Source: a virus (lineage: Duplodnaviria > Heunggongvirae > Uroviricota > Caudoviricetes). From it: DNA of 40,815 nt. Shown here piece after piece: positions 39,323 through 40,815 of the stretch. The stretch's first letter is position 1. Each line of letters starts with the position of its first letter. The stretch spans positions 74,315 to 115,129 of IMG/VR virus record IMGVR_UViG_3300010282_000006. One strand, written 5' to 3'. The position numbers were made by a program, and so were the translations under genes. The notes beneath the pieces were generated by a model, which saw only the letters and a program-made list of their open reading frames with translations, ran no database searches and was not told the origin of the DNA.

Positions 39323-40619
39323 AGATAGAGGCGATTTCGCCGAGGAGATCATGAGGATTTTCCCAGAGGAATCGCCGTCTGGTGAGCCGAAATCTGTTTT
39401 GACATTCACATTTCAGGTCACGACAGACTGCTCGCTGTGCTGTACCTATTGCTACCAGACCAACAAGGGGCATGAAATGATGACATGGGATGTTGCGAAG
39501 GCTGCGATCGACTATGCTTTCGACTCCGCGAACGACCACGATTCCATATTTTCCTACGATTTCGTTTCTGGCATCATTGTTGATTTCATTGGTGGAGAAC
39601 CGCTGTTGAACATTGATTTGGTCACGCAGATTATTGATTATTTTGAGGAACAGCTTGTTTTGCGTGATAGCCCATGGTTGTTCAAACACAGATACAGCTT
39701 CAGCACAAACGGCGTTGCTTATTTCGACGACAAGGTTCAAAGTCTGTTGGCGAAATATGGCGATCTGATTTCTATGGGTGTGACTGTAGACGGGCATAAG
39801 GAGCTGCATGATAAGTGCAGGGTGTTCTGCAATGGTCATGGCAGCTACGATCTCGCAATCAAAGCGTCTTTGGATCAGAAGAACCGCTTTGGTAACGACT
39901 CGACAAAGATTACTCTTTGTCCAGAGAATATTGACGAGACTTCGCGTGCGATTATTCACATGCTGAACCTCGGATACAGATATATCCATGCAAACTGTGT
40001 TTTCGAGGAAGGATGGGAGCCCGTCCACGCGAGGACACTTTACCAAGAGATGAAGCAGATTGGTGACTACATCCTTGATAATGACTTGGAGGATTCCTGC
40101 TATGTCTCTCTGTTTGGCGAGAATGATTTTTCTCCGCTGACGGATGAGGATACGAGTAACTGGTGCGGTGGCGTCGGATCTATGATTGCAGTTGATTATA
40201 AAGGAGACTTCTATCCATGTATCCGATATATGGAGTCTTCCATTGGGAAAGATCGGAAGCCGTTGATTATCGGGAACATTCATGACGGCGCGTACAAAAC
40301 GGCGAAAACCAAGAAAATCAAAGAGGCATTTTCCCGCGTAACCAGACAAAGCCAATCCGAGCAGAGTTGTATTGATTGCCCGATCGCAAGCGGTTGTGCA
40401 TGGTGTTCGGGATACAATTATCAAAAGTACGGAACGGTCAACAAGCGCGCAACGTTTATTTGTGTAATGCACAAAGCGAGAGCACTTGGAAGCTGGTACT
40501 ATTTCAAAAAAGAAGCGAAGAAAAAAGGAGCAGACCACAAAATTGAATTATTCTTACCAGAGAATGACGCCATAGCGCTCATCGGAGAAAAAGAGTGGTC
40601 GTTCTTATGCAACGTATAG
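39315..40619 (+). CDS. radical SAM/SPASM peptide maturase, CXXX-repeat target family
   Basis: CxxxCxxC (CSLCCTYC), FIGGEP, SPASM cysteines WCGG..YPC..CIDCPIASGCAWC..FIC. Confidence 0.85.
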   Translation: MLKDRGDFAEEIMRIFPEESPSGEPKSVLTFTFQVTTDCSLCCTYCYQTNKGHEMMTWDVAKAAIDYAFDSANDHDSIFSYDFVSGIIVDFIGGEPLLNIDLVTQIIDYFEEQLVLRDSPWLFKHRYSFSTNGVAYFDDKVQSLLAKYGDLISMGVTVDGHKELHDKCRVFCNGHGSYDLAIKASLDQKNRFGNDSTKITLCPENIDETSRAIIHMLNLGYRYIHANCVFEEGWEPVHARTLYQEMKQIGDYILDNDLEDSCYVSLFGENDFSPLTDEDTSNWCGGVGSMIAVDYKGDFYPCIRYMESSIGKDRKPLIIGNIHDGAYKTAKTKKIKEAFSRVTRQSQSEQSCIDCPIASGCAWCSGYNYQKYGTVNKRATFICVMHKARALGSWYYFKKEAKKKGADHKIELFLPENDAIALIGEKEWSFLCNV

Positions 40620-40632
40620 GAGGTGAGTGAGA

Positions 40633-40815
40633 TTGGCGTGTTCTCGATGCGCAGATTCCTGCACAACCGGATGTCAGAACACCTGCTACGGAGGTTGTAG
40701 TAGTACCTGCAAAGGTTCCTGTTCAAACACCTGTGGTATCAACTGCGGCAGCGGATGTAGCGGAACATGCTCCTCTTGCTCTGCGGCAGGAACGTGTTCG
40801 ACCGGTTGTAGTAGT
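40633..40815 (+). CDS. Cys-rich CXXX-repeat precursor peptide/protein, 3'-truncated by window edge (not in ORF track)
   Basis: AGGAGG RBS 40618-23, TTG start; MACSRCADSCTTGCQNTCYGGCSSTCKGSCSNTCGINCGSGCSGTCSSCSAAGTCSTGCSS: 15 Cys in 61 aa, 11 at exact 4-residue spacing. Confidence 0.85.
   Translation, partial: MACSRCADSCTTGCQNTCYGGCSSTCKGSCSNTCGINCGSGCSGTCSSCSAAGTCSTGCSS

Overview
The window is a contiguous, almost entirely plus-strand segment of a large SPbeta-like (c-st-like) siphovirus or prophage; a Clostridia/Firmicutes host is inferred. Gene order: accessory genes (DUF1848-like, HD hydrolase, sigma factor, helicase-like), a YonO-type single-subunit RNA polymerase, phosphoesterase, HU, two tRNAs, terminase, portal, protease/scaffold, capsid, neck and tail genes, a RuvC/ClpP/PhoH island, tape measure protein (TMP), Dit and a large tail-tip protein. 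Two things stand out. (1) The TMP gene is split by a 1388-nt group I intron (28397-29784); its P1, P3-P10 helices and splice sites can be paired by eye and splicing restores one ~2680-aa ORF. It has no homing endonuclease. Instead it carries two antisense units, each with its own near-consensus sigma-A promoter: a 27-aa type-I-toxin-like peptide in the P6 loop and a triple zinc-ribbon protein in the P9 region. (2) Directly after the tail-tip gene is a CXXX-repeat RiPP-like cassette: small accessory protein, radical SAM/SPASM maturase and an apparently leaderless Cys-every-4th-residue peptide that runs off the window end. All calls come from motif reading and manual base-pairing; no database searches or folding programs were run.
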